Assembly: GCF_001598795.1 (NCBI RefSeq)
Contig: NZ_BCZP01000032.1
Span: 15,567-47,566 of the forward strand
Direction: 5' to 3'
Source: Delftia acidovorans NBRC 14950
GTDB taxonomy: Bacteria > Pseudomonadota > Gammaproteobacteria > Burkholderiales > Burkholderiaceae_C
DNA length: 32,000 bases
Shown here: positions 16,176 through 27,549 of the stretch, in pieces
Layout: each line of letters opens with the position of its first letter
Position numbering within the stretch: position 1 is the first letter of the stretch
The notes under the pieces: generated by a model
The model's database searches: none
The model's input: the letters and a program-made list of their open reading frames with translations, nothing else
What the model was told of the DNA's origin: nothing
Position numbers and translations under genes: made by a program

Positions 16176-16215
16176 TCCCCCTTCAGGGGGAAGGCGCGCA
16201 GCGCCTCAGGGGGTC
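16176..16215 (-). terminator. cluster of GC-rich hairpins immediately downstream of the module-2 receptor stop; possible terminator or insulator before the fecI-1 promoter
   Basis: TCCCCCT/AGGGGGA (16176-16191) and AGGCGC-N3-GCGCCT (16192-16206), plus the repeated CCTTCAGGGGG / CCTCAGGGGG. There is no clear U-tract. Confidence 0.3.
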
Positions 16216-16216
16216 T

Positions 16217-18832
16217 TCAAAAGCTACCGCGCAGCGTCAGCATCACATTGCGTGGCTCGCCATACCAGTTGTTGCCACCGCTGGTGCCCACCGTGCGGTA
16301 GTAGACCTTGTCGAACAGGTTGTTCAGGTTGAGCACGGCCTGCCAGTTGCGGTTGATGCGGTACTGCACGCTGGCATTCCACACGGCATAGCCGCCCTGG
16401 CTGAACTTGAAGGGCACGGCCGCGCCATCGAACTTGCCCGAGTCAGGATTGAAGGCCTTGGCCGAGCCGCTGACGAAATGCGCGCTCTGGATATTGGCGC
16501 CGCCGCCAATCGTCCATTGCGACAGCTCGCCGGGCAGGCGGTAGGTGCTCCACAGCTTGAACAGATGCTTGGGCGTAACGGAGTGGTAGATGCCTTCGAT
16601 GCCCGGCGTCTTGTTGTGGTTGCGGTTGAAGGTGTAGCCGGCAAACAGCTGCCAGCCGCGCGCCAGCTCGCCCGAGATCTCGCCTTCCACGCCCTGGCTG
16701 ACCACCTTGCCCTTGCTCAGCCAGCAGCAGTTCAGGCCCGCGTCGCCGATGTCGGTGTTGGGGTAGGAGGGATCGGCCACGGCCTCGCCATTGCGCTCTA
16801 TGCGATACAGCGCCATGGAGGCCATCAGCCGGCCTTCGTTGAACTCGCCCTTGGCGCCCAGCTCGAAATTGCGGCCCTTGATGGGGTCCAGCGGCGTGCC
16901 TGGCAAGGGCCCACCCAGCTTGTCGGCCTGGGACTTGTGGATCTCGGCGACGCTGCCGTAGGCCGTCCAGCGGTCGTCGATGTCGTAGACCAGGCCGCCA
17001 TAGGGCGTGAAGATACCGCTCTCGCTATTGGACGACACGATGCGGCTGGTGAGATTGCCGGCCTGGTCGAAGCGCAGCCAGGGTGTCTGCGTTGCATAGC
17101 TGGCGCGGCGTGCGCCGACGATGGCCGTCAGCCGGTCCGTCAGGCTCAGGTTGAGCCGGCCGTACAGGCCCTTCTGCGTGGCGCCATAGCCCGCGAAGCT
17201 GCGCGTCTTCCAGACGAAGCTGGGCAGGGGAATGGCGCCCGGGTCGAAGCCGAACACGTTGATGCCCCCCGGCATGTCCACCTCGGACAGAAAGGTGTCC
17301 TGCGTGTCACGGATCTTGGCCCAGTCCGCGCCCAAAAGCAGCCGGTGCCTGCGCCCCAGCAGGGAGAACGTTCCGCTGACGTTGGCATCCAACGCCTTCT
17401 TGGTGGAATAGAAGTCGTTGGAGAAGCCGTTGAGCGTGGCTCCCAGGCCCGTCGTCGGATCGACCGCGCCGGTGACGTCGGCCAACCGGCTGTCGCTGTC
17501 CACCTTGACATAGTTGGCATGGGCGCGGACGCGCCAGTCGCCCTCCAGCTTCTGTTCCAGCTGGGCGAACAGCTCCTTGTTGGTCCTGTCGTAATGGCCC
17601 CAGCCCGCCATGAGTGCCGTATGGCGCGGCAGGTGCAGATCGTCGCCATTGGCCGCGCGCGGCAGGCCACCGCGCCAGGGCAGGCTGGCCGACTTGTCGT
17701 AGCTGCCGCCCAGGGTCAGCTTGGTCGCCGGCGTGAGATCGGCTTCCACGATGCCGTAGAGCAAGGTGTTGCGCGCATCGGCGTAGTCATAGAAGAACTC
17801 GCGGTCGCTGTGCGCCAGCACGGCGCGGCCGCGCACCCGGCCATCGGCAGCCAGGGGACCCGCCACATCAAGTTCGGCCCGGCGCTGGTTCCAGCTGCCC
17901 ACCGAGGCCGAGGCCAGCACCTGGGGCTGGGCCGTGGGGCGCTTTCTCACCAGGTTGATGGAGCCGCCGGGCTCGCCATTGCCGCTGTACAGGCCGTCCG
18001 CGCCGCGGATCACCTGCACGCTGTCGTACATGGCCATGTTGGGGTCGAAGGTGCCCTGGCTGAAGGCATCCACCGCCGCTCCGTCGATCTGGACATTGCT
18101 GATCTGGAAGCCCCGCGCGTAGAAGCTGTTGGCCGTGCCGCCCAGGCCACCCGAGCCCGCGTAGTCCACCGTCACGCCCGTGGTCTGCTGCATCACGTCG
18201 CCCACGGAGACCAGGCCCTGGTCCTCGATGCGCTGGCGCGTGACCACGGAGATGGACTGCGGCGTCTCGCGCACGCTCTGCCCCTTGCCCAGCGACACGC
18301 GCGAGGCCGCATAGGAGCCCGAACCCTCCGTGGTATCGCCAGCGTGCGCCTGGGCCGTGACCAGCACCGTGCCCAGCGCAGCATCGGCTGCCGGCGACGG
18401 CTCCCTGAGCGGCGCCTTCAGCGTGTAGGCGCCCGGCACGGCGTCGATCACGGTCACGCCCGTTCCGGCCAGCAGCCGGTCCAGCGCCTGGCGCGGCGTG
18501 AAGCGGCCCTGCAAGGCCGGCGAAGTGCGGCCTGCAACGATCTGCGGATCGAACAGCACCTGGTGCTGGGCCTGCTGCGTGAACTGGCGCAGCGCGCCCG
18601 CCAGCGGCTGGGGCGCGATGCTGAAGGCCAGCTCCCCTGCCTGGCCCGCCTGCCCCGCCTGCACGGACGATGGCTGCTGCGCCTGCACCGCAGGCTGCGC
18701 CAGCGCAACCAGGGCTGCGGCCACCAGCGACGGCATCCTTGCCCGCTGCCATGGCCTGCCCCTGTGCTGAAACTCTCCTCCCCAAATGCCCGCGCCCATG
18801 GCGGCGCTGCCGTGTTCTTTTCCTGCTTGCAT
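16217..18832 (-). CDS. TonB-dependent siderophore receptor with an N-terminal STN signalling domain (module 2)
   Basis: Track ORF 16217..18982. STN region FSIAPQPLAGALRQFTQQAQHQVLFDPQIVAGRTSPALQGRFTPRQALDRLLAGTGV. Plug motif ISVVTRQRIEDQG. C-terminal ...VMLTLRGSF. Start chosen at ATG 18832 because AGGAG lies 5 nt upstream. ATGs at 18799 and 18736 (MPSLVAAALVALAQPAVQA) are alternatives. Confidence 0.9.
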   Translation of the reverse strand: MQAGKEHGSAAMGAGIWGGEFQHRGRPWQRARMPSLVAAALVALAQPAVQAQQPSSVQAGQAGQAGELAFSIAPQPLAGALRQFTQQAQHQVLFDPQIVAGRTSPALQGRFTPRQALDRLLAGTGVTVIDAVPGAYTLKAPLREPSPAADAALGTVLVTAQAHAGDTTEGSGSYAASRVSLGKGQSVRETPQSISVVTRQRIEDQGLVSVGDVMQQTTGVTVDYAGSGGLGGTANSFYARGFQISNVQIDGAAVDAFSQGTFDPNMAMYDSVQVIRGADGLYSGNGEPGGSINLVRKRPTAQPQVLASASVGSWNQRRAELDVAGPLAADGRVRGRAVLAHSDREFFYDYADARNTLLYGIVEADLTPATKLTLGGSYDKSASLPWRGGLPRAANGDDLHLPRHTALMAGWGHYDRTNKELFAQLEQKLEGDWRVRAHANYVKVDSDSRLADVTGAVDPTTGLGATLNGFSNDFYSTKKALDANVSGTFSLLGRRHRLLLGADWAKIRDTQDTFLSEVDMPGGINVFGFDPGAIPLPSFVWKTRSFAGYGATQKGLYGRLNLSLTDRLTAIVGARRASYATQTPWLRFDQAGNLTSRIVSSNSESGIFTPYGGLVYDIDDRWTAYGSVAEIHKSQADKLGGPLPGTPLDPIKGRNFELGAKGEFNEGRLMASMALYRIERNGEAVADPSYPNTDIGDAGLNCCWLSKGKVVSQGVEGEISGELARGWQLFAGYTFNRNHNKTPGIEGIYHSVTPKHLFKLWSTYRLPGELSQWTIGGGANIQSAHFVSGSAKAFNPDSGKFDGAAVPFKFSQGGYAVWNASVQYRINRNWQAVLNLNNLFDKVYYRTVGTSGGNNWYGEPRNVMLTLRGSF

Positions 18833-19103
18833 CCCTGCTCCTGCTGCACTGTGTCCATTGCCCGCTGTCGCGGTGTGCGCGGTGGGTGGCAGGCAGACAG
18901 TTGAGCGTCCACCCGCCACGCGCGTGCGCGGCCGTCGCGGTTGTTGGCTGAGCTGTGCACTGGGCAGCGGCCTGGCTGGCAACCATGGAGGCGCGAGAAA
19001 ACCCGGCCTCCATGAAGGTAAAACCCGCTACCGCGCCAAAGTGGGAACGTGGCCGAACCGAGAAAGCGGGTTGTTTACATTAATTTACAAATAGACAAGG
19101 CAC

Positions 19104-20138
19104 TCAATGCGCCGAGATTCGCCAGCCGCCCTGCGCATCGGCCTGCACACGCACCGGCAACAAGTGCGGCAGCGAGCGCAGAAACACCTCGGGCTTGCCG
19201 GTCAGCGCCACGCCGGACACGGACAGCGCGGCCAGCCGCGCATCGCCATCCACCCGTACGGGCTGGCCCAGGTAGCGCGACAGATCGGCGGCGACCTCGG
19301 CCAGCGTTGCCTGCTGGAACACCATCTGGCCGCTGCGCCAGTCGCCCACCGTGTCCGTGCCGGCCGCCAGCGGATGCTGCGTGCCGTCACGGGCATCGAC
19401 GGACATGCCGGCACCCGCGCCCAGCAGCAGGCGCCTACCGTCCGCCGCATGGCGGTCGGGCCGCAGTTCCACCTTGCCCTCCAGCACCTTCACCACAAGC
19501 GCTGGCGGCCCGGCGCGCACATTGAAGGCCGTGCCCACCACCCGGACCTGGCTGGCGCCGCTGTCCACGGTGAAGGGCCGCGAGCGGTCGGCGGCGACCT
19601 GGAAGAAGGCCTCGCCCTGGTCCAGCACCGTCTCGCGGCGGCGCGGGTAGTAGCGCACCTGCAGCCTGGAGGAAAAATTCAGCGTGACCCGCGTGCCATC
19701 GGGCAGTTCGGCCTCGCGCACCTCGCCGGGGCCGGTGGCCATCTCGATCACATGGCTTGCGTGGTTGTCCCAGGCATACCAGCCCCCGCCCACGGCCAGC
19801 GTCGTGACCAGAGCCACCGACAGCAACGCAGGCATCAGGCCGCGGCGTGTGCGCTGACGTGCCGGCGCGGGCAAGTGGGCCTGTGTCTGCGCACGCGGCC
19901 CGCTCGCCCTGGCTTGCGGCGCAGCAGCCGCGTCGCAGGCCAGCGCCGGCCTGCGCAACTGCTGCAGGTCCAGCACCGTGCGCCCCAAGCTCTCGAAGAT
20001 GCTGCGGTGCTGCGGGTCGGCGGCCAGCCAGGCGTCGAGTTCGCGCTCGTCGGCGCCGGTCCAGTCGGCTTCGCGGCGGCGGGCGAAGTAGTCGGCGGCG
20101 CGGGCGTGCAGTTGCAGGCGTTTCGGGGTCAGCGTCAT
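19104..20138 (-). CDS. FecR-family transmembrane anti-sigma / sigma regulator (module 2)
   Basis: Track ORF trimmed to MTLTPKRLQLHARAADYFARRREADWTGADERELDAWLAADPQHRSIFE. It has a TM segment (LLSVALVTTLAVGGGWYAW) and a FecR domain (LPDGTRVTLNFSSRLQVRY...). GGGGAGGG is the SD. The ATG overlaps the sigma stop codon (ATGA at 20138-20135). Confidence 0.9.
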   Translation of the reverse strand: MTLTPKRLQLHARAADYFARRREADWTGADERELDAWLAADPQHRSIFESLGRTVLDLQQLRRPALACDAAAAPQARASGPRAQTQAHLPAPARQRTRRGLMPALLSVALVTTLAVGGGWYAWDNHASHVIEMATGPGEVREAELPDGTRVTLNFSSRLQVRYYPRRRETVLDQGEAFFQVAADRSRPFTVDSGASQVRVVGTAFNVRAGPPALVVKVLEGKVELRPDRHAADGRRLLLGAGAGMSVDARDGTQHPLAAGTDTVGDWRSGQMVFQQATLAEVAADLSRYLGQPVRVDGDARLAALSVSGVALTGKPEVFLRSLPHLLPVRVQADAQGGWRISAH

Positions 20139-20755
20139 TCCCGGCCCTCCCCGTCCGTCGCGGCCTGCGCCAGCAAGCCCTGCATCAGGCGCATGTCTTC
20201 GGCGCTGCCGTACTGCACGCGCAGTTCGCAATAGGCCATGGCCAGCGTCACATGGTTGTGCACCATGCGGCGCGAAATGCCCATGCGCTGCGCCACCTCG
20301 GTCTGCGTGAGCCCGTCGATGCTGTGCAGAACGAAGGCCTCGCGGCGGCGCTCGGGCAGCTCGGCCATGGCCTGCTCCAGCCGGCCCAGCCGCTCGCGGT
20401 GGTGCGCCGCCTGCAGGGGGTCCGACCCCTCGCCGGCCGGCAGTTGCTGCGCCAGTTCCATGTGTTCATCCAGCGAGACCGATTCGCGCCCCGGCGCGCC
20501 CGCCGAGCGGCGCCAGGCATCGTGCGAGACATGGCGGGCGATCACGCGCAGATAGGGTTCCTGCTCCTCGGGCGGCAGGGCCTTGCCCGAGGCCGCATAG
20601 CGCACGAAGACCTCCTGCACCGCATCCTCGGCATCCTCGCGGTTGCGCATCTGCCGGCCCAGCAGGCGGCGCAGAGGCTGGTGCCAGCGCGCATACACGC
20701 GGGCCAGCAGAGAGGGAGCGGCATCATCGTCCGCGCCTGGCACGCGCGCGCTCAC
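20135..20755 (-). CDS. ECF sigma-70 factor, FecI-like (module 2)
   Basis: Region 2 (LLARVYARWHQPLRRLLGRQMRNREDAEDAVQEVFVRY) and region 4 HTH (FVLHSIDGLTQTEVAQRMGISRRMVHNHVTLA). Start set at GTG 20755, with GGGAG 7 nt upstream. The longer track ORF (to 20887) would run through the Fur-box-like site. Confidence 0.85.
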   Translation of the reverse strand: MSARVPGADDDAAPSLLARVYARWHQPLRRLLGRQMRNREDAEDAVQEVFVRYAASGKALPPEEQEPYLRVIARHVSHDAWRRSAGAPGRESVSLDEHMELAQQLPAGEGSDPLQAAHHRERLGRLEQAMAELPERRREAFVLHSIDGLTQTEVAQRMGISRRMVHNHVTLAMAYCELRVQYGSAEDMRLMQGLLAQAATDGEGRE

Positions 20756-20850
20756 GGGCAGGCTCCCGGCACGGCGGTCTGGACGCGGGCAGGCACGCCA
20801 GCATGGGAAACGGACAGGACGAAGAAGAACGGCACGGGCGGCGATTGTAC

Positions 20851-20865
20851 TGAGAATGGTTCTCA
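20851..20865. promoter_or_regulatory. Fur-box-like palindrome upstream of the module-2 ECF sigma gene
   Basis: TGAGAATGGTTCTCA, i.e. TGAGAAT-G-GTTCTCA, with the same TGAGAA...TTCTCA arms as the site at 16060-16080. It lies about 95 nt upstream of the proposed GTG start. Confidence 0.55.
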
Positions 20866-20917
20866 TCAACACCTTTGCGGCCGGCACGCGCCATGCGATG
20901 CGGGTGCTGCGGATGCC

Positions 20918-21622
20918 TTACCGGCCCGCTGCCCCATGCAGCGCCACCAGCGTGGGCACCACCCAGTGCGGCGCAGGCTGCGCCCCGTCGAAGCACTGGT
21001 CCTCGGACGGCACGGCGATGACGGTCATGCCGGCCTGCCGCGCCGCATGTGTTCCCGAGACGGAGTCCTCGAACACCAGGCAGCGCCCGGCCGGCACGCC
21101 CAGGCGTTGCGCCGCGAAGTGGTAGATGTCGGGCGCGGGCTTGCCGCGCACCACCTGCTCGGCCGAGACGATGGCGTCGAACGCCGGCCGCAGGCCCAGC
21201 GCATCCAGGGTGTGGTGGCACAAAGACAAAGGAGAGTTCGAGGCCAGCGCCACGCGCCAGCCCTGGGCGCGGCAGGCGCTCAGAGTTTCGCGCACGCCGG
21301 GCAGGGCCTGCCCATGCGCGCTGACCAGGGCCGCCACGCGCGCGACCACGCGGCTCTCCAGCTCGCGCTGGCTGGGCCCCTGCCAGGGCCGGTGGGCATA
21401 CCAGTGCGCGGCCACCTGCGCCGTGGTCATGGGCGCCGTCACGCGGGACATCTCGGCCGTGATGTCGATGCCGACCTCGGCAAAGGACTCGCGTTCGGCA
21501 CGCTTCCAGAAGGGCTCGGAGTCTATGAGCAGGCCGTCCATGTCGAAGATGGCGGCGCCGAATCCGGCCTGGCCAAGGCCTGCGAACGAGGGAGCGGCTT
21601 CAGGGATTTGCATGGCGCGCAT
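20918..21622 (-). CDS. HAD-superfamily hydrolase, subfamily IA (sugar-phosphate phosphatase / beta-phosphoglucomutase-like)
   Basis: Motif I (AAIFDMDGLLIDSE), motif II (ALASNS), motif III (RGKPAPDIY) and motif IV (LVFEDSVSGTHAARQAGM). ATG 21613 is an alternative start. Confidence 0.85.
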   Translation of the reverse strand: MRAMQIPEAAPSFAGLGQAGFGAAIFDMDGLLIDSEPFWKRAERESFAEVGIDITAEMSRVTAPMTTAQVAAHWYAHRPWQGPSQRELESRVVARVAALVSAHGQALPGVRETLSACRAQGWRVALASNSPLSLCHHTLDALGLRPAFDAIVSAEQVVRGKPAPDIYHFAAQRLGVPAGRCLVFEDSVSGTHAARQAGMTVIAVPSEDQCFDGAQPAPHWVVPTLVALHGAAGR

Positions 21623-21729
21623 GCTAGCGCAGGCGGCAAGTGAAAGCAGTTGCTGTTAGCCTGTGCCGGCTGGCGATGGATGCAGATGCATGCGATTGCC
21701 AGCCCTTCACAATTCTTAGCGAGCCCGCA

Positions 21730-22239
21730 ATGACCAGCCCCCTGTACACCGCCTCCATTCCCGTCCTGCAGCAGATGCTGAAGGCCCTGTCCGACGTGCT
21801 CAAAAAGGCCGAGGAACACGCCGCGCAGAAGAACATCGATCCCGACGCCCTGCTGCAGGCCCGCCTGTTCCCCGACATGTTCCCGCTGGTGCGCCAGGTG
21901 CAGATTGCTGCGGACTTCGCCAAGGGCATCGCCTCGCGCCTGGCCGGCGCCGAGGTACCTTCGTGGCCCGACACGCAGACCAGCTTTGCCGACCTGCAGG
22001 CGCTGATCACCAAGGCGCTGGACCATGTGGGCTCATTCGCGCCCGAGCAGTTCGCGCAAAGCGAGTCCCGCGAGATCGTGCTGCGCCCCGGCACGCCCAA
22101 GGAGAAGAAGCTGAGCGCCAGCGCCTATCTGCTGCACTACGGCCTGCCGCAGTTCTTCTTCCATGTGACCACCGCCTATGCCCTGCTGCGCCACAACGGT
22201 GTCGAGGTCGGCAAGCGCGACTACATGGGCAGCTACTGA
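21730..22239 (+). CDS. DUF1993 domain-containing protein
   Basis: Track ORF trimmed to MTSPLYTASIPVLQQMLKALSDVLKKAEEHA...LPQFFFHVTTAYALLRHNGVEVGKRDYMG, a typical DUF1993 sequence. Confidence 0.85.
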   Translation: MTSPLYTASIPVLQQMLKALSDVLKKAEEHAAQKNIDPDALLQARLFPDMFPLVRQVQIAADFAKGIASRLAGAEVPSWPDTQTSFADLQALITKALDHVGSFAPEQFAQSESREIVLRPGTPKEKKLSASAYLLHYGLPQFFFHVTTAYALLRHNGVEVGKRDYMGSY

Positions 22240-22267
22240 GCGTGCCGTGGCCGGTCTGGCCAGCGCT

Positions 22268-23557
22268 TCACTGCGCGGCCAGATCCCGGCCTCGCGTCTC
22301 CGGCAGGCACATGGCGAACATCACCACCATCACGTAGCCGGCCGTGGCGCAGATGCCGATGGCCGTGCCCAGCGACAGGCCCAGCCGGTCGCTGAACACG
22401 CCCACCAGCGCGGGGAAGGTGGCCCCGATGCCGCGGCCGAAGTTGTAGCAAAAGCCCTGGCCGGAGCCGCGCAGTTCGTTGGGGAACAGCTCGGCCAGGA
22501 AGGCTCCGGCGCCGCTGAAGATGCCCGACATGAAAAAACCCAGCGGAAAGCCCAGCACCAGCATCCAGGCATCGGTGATGGGCATCAGCGTATAGGCATA
22601 GGCCAGGCTGCCTGCGCCGATGGCGAACAGCGTGAAGGCCAGGCGCCGGCCCAGCCGGTCGGAAGCGTAGGCACCGCACAGGTAGCCTGCAAAGGCGCCA
22701 AAGATGAACATGAACTGGTAGCCGCCCGAGCCCAGCACCGTCAGGTGGCGCTCGTTCTTCAGGAAGGTGGGCAGCCACACGGCAATGGCGTAGTAGCCGC
22801 CCTGCATGCCCGTGAACATCAGGCTGGCCAGCACCGTGGTCTTGAGCATGCCGCCCTTGAAGATGTCCAGGAAGTGCCCGCTGCGCTCGCCCCGGCCCAC
22901 GGCGGCGCGGGTCTTCAGGTAGACCTCGGGGTCCTTGACGGAACGGCGGATGAACAGGATCAGCAAGGCCGGCAGCAAACCCAGCAGGAACATGGCCCGC
23001 CATGAAATCTCGGGCGGCAGAAACGAGAACAGCGCCATGGACACCAGCACGGCCGCCCCCCAGCCTATGGCCCAGCTGCTTTGCACCAGCCCCACCGCCT
23101 TGCCACGGAAAGCCGGCCGTATGGTCTCGGCGATCAGCACCGAGCCCACGGCCCATTCGCCGCCAAAGCCCAGCCCCTGCAGCGTGCGGGCCAGCAGCAA
23201 CTGGCCCGGCGTCTGCGCCAGGCCGCAGGCGAAGGTGAAAAGGGCGAACACGAGAATGGTCCACTGCAGCACGCGCACACGCCCGTAGCGGTCCGCCAGG
23301 ATGCCGGCCATCCAGCCGCCGATGGCCGAGGCCACCAGGGTCGAGGTGCCGATCAGGCCGACCTCGGTCTTGCTCATGCCCCACAGCGACAGAAGGATCG
23401 GCGTGACCAGGGGCAGCGTGTAGTAGTCGAAGGAATCGACCGCGTAGCCGCCGAACGAGGCCGTCAGTGCACGTTTTTCCCGGGGTTCGAGCTGGCCCAG
23501 CCAGCTGCCCTGCGACTGTTCGCCAGCCAGGGGCTTGGCATTGTCAAGGCTTGTCAT
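22268..23557 (-). CDS. MFS transporter (metabolite:H+ symporter-like)
   Basis: 429 aa with 12 predicted TM segments and MFS motif GILADRYGRVRVL / SDRLGRRL. AAGGAG lies 8 nt upstream of ATG 23557. It sits 126 nt downstream of the oxoprolinase gene on the same strand. Confidence 0.9.
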   Translation of the reverse strand: MTSLDNAKPLAGEQSQGSWLGQLEPREKRALTASFGGYAVDSFDYYTLPLVTPILLSLWGMSKTEVGLIGTSTLVASAIGGWMAGILADRYGRVRVLQWTILVFALFTFACGLAQTPGQLLLARTLQGLGFGGEWAVGSVLIAETIRPAFRGKAVGLVQSSWAIGWGAAVLVSMALFSFLPPEISWRAMFLLGLLPALLILFIRRSVKDPEVYLKTRAAVGRGERSGHFLDIFKGGMLKTTVLASLMFTGMQGGYYAIAVWLPTFLKNERHLTVLGSGGYQFMFIFGAFAGYLCGAYASDRLGRRLAFTLFAIGAGSLAYAYTLMPITDAWMLVLGFPLGFFMSGIFSGAGAFLAELFPNELRGSGQGFCYNFGRGIGATFPALVGVFSDRLGLSLGTAIGICATAGYVMVVMFAMCLPETRGRDLAAQ

Positions 23558-23683
23558 TTTTCAGTCTCCTTGCGCTTCGGTATGCAGAAGCGTCTTGCCT
23601 TCAATGGCATTGCATCGGTGATGAACCAGGCCTGGCCGGGCGGCCCTCATCCACCACCCGGACAGACCCCTGCAGGCGGCGTG

Positions 23684-27316
<3,633 letters not shown>

Positions 27317-27440
27317 GGTGTCGGAACCCGTTTGTCTCGAAGTTGAAGTCAGGAAAACCGTGGCCTGGAGCACGGCCCTCCGCCGGTGCCCACCACTGGC
27401 GTCCAATCTAAAAGTGCCCCTGGACCGCGTCCATCGAGAA

Positions 27441-27474
27441 GTTTTCGCCCCCTCTGTTCACGAAAACTGAACAG
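27441..27474. promoter_or_regulatory. interleaved inverted repeats upstream of the oxoprolinase gene; candidate LysR-type operator
   Basis: GTTTTCG (27441-47) pairs with CGAAAAC (27461-67). CTGTTCA (27454-60) pairs with TGAACAG (27468-74). The site contains a T-N11-A core. The 13-mer GAAAACTGAACAG (27462-74) recurs at 28422-34. Confidence 0.45.
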
Positions 27475-27501
27475 GAGCGGCCCCTTGCCGGCCGGCAACG
27501 C

Positions 27502-27528
27502 AAAGAAAAAGGCCCGCCGAAGCGGGCC
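27502..27528 (-). terminator. rho-independent terminator downstream of the DUF1445 gene
   Basis: On the minus strand: GGCCCGC-TTCG-GCGGGCC followed by TTTTTCTTT (plus-strand 27511-27528 stem-loop, 27502-27510 A-run). It lies about 22 nt after the stop at 27550. Confidence 0.75.
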
Positions 27529-27549
27529 CCGTGCCAGGCAGGCAGGCCG

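Noticed and set aside
18833-18982. 50-codon upstream extension of the module-2 receptor ORF
   Set aside because: The sequence (MPARPLPSAQLSQQPRRPRTRVAGGRSTV...) is not signal-peptide-like. ATG 18832 has the only good SD. I kept the alternatives at 18799 and 18736 as a caveat.
22240-22267. Short TGGCC-N5-GGCCA hairpin between the convergent DUF1993 and MFS genes as a bidirectional terminator
   Set aside because: The stem is only 5 bp and there are no flanking T or A runs. This is insufficient evidence to annotate.
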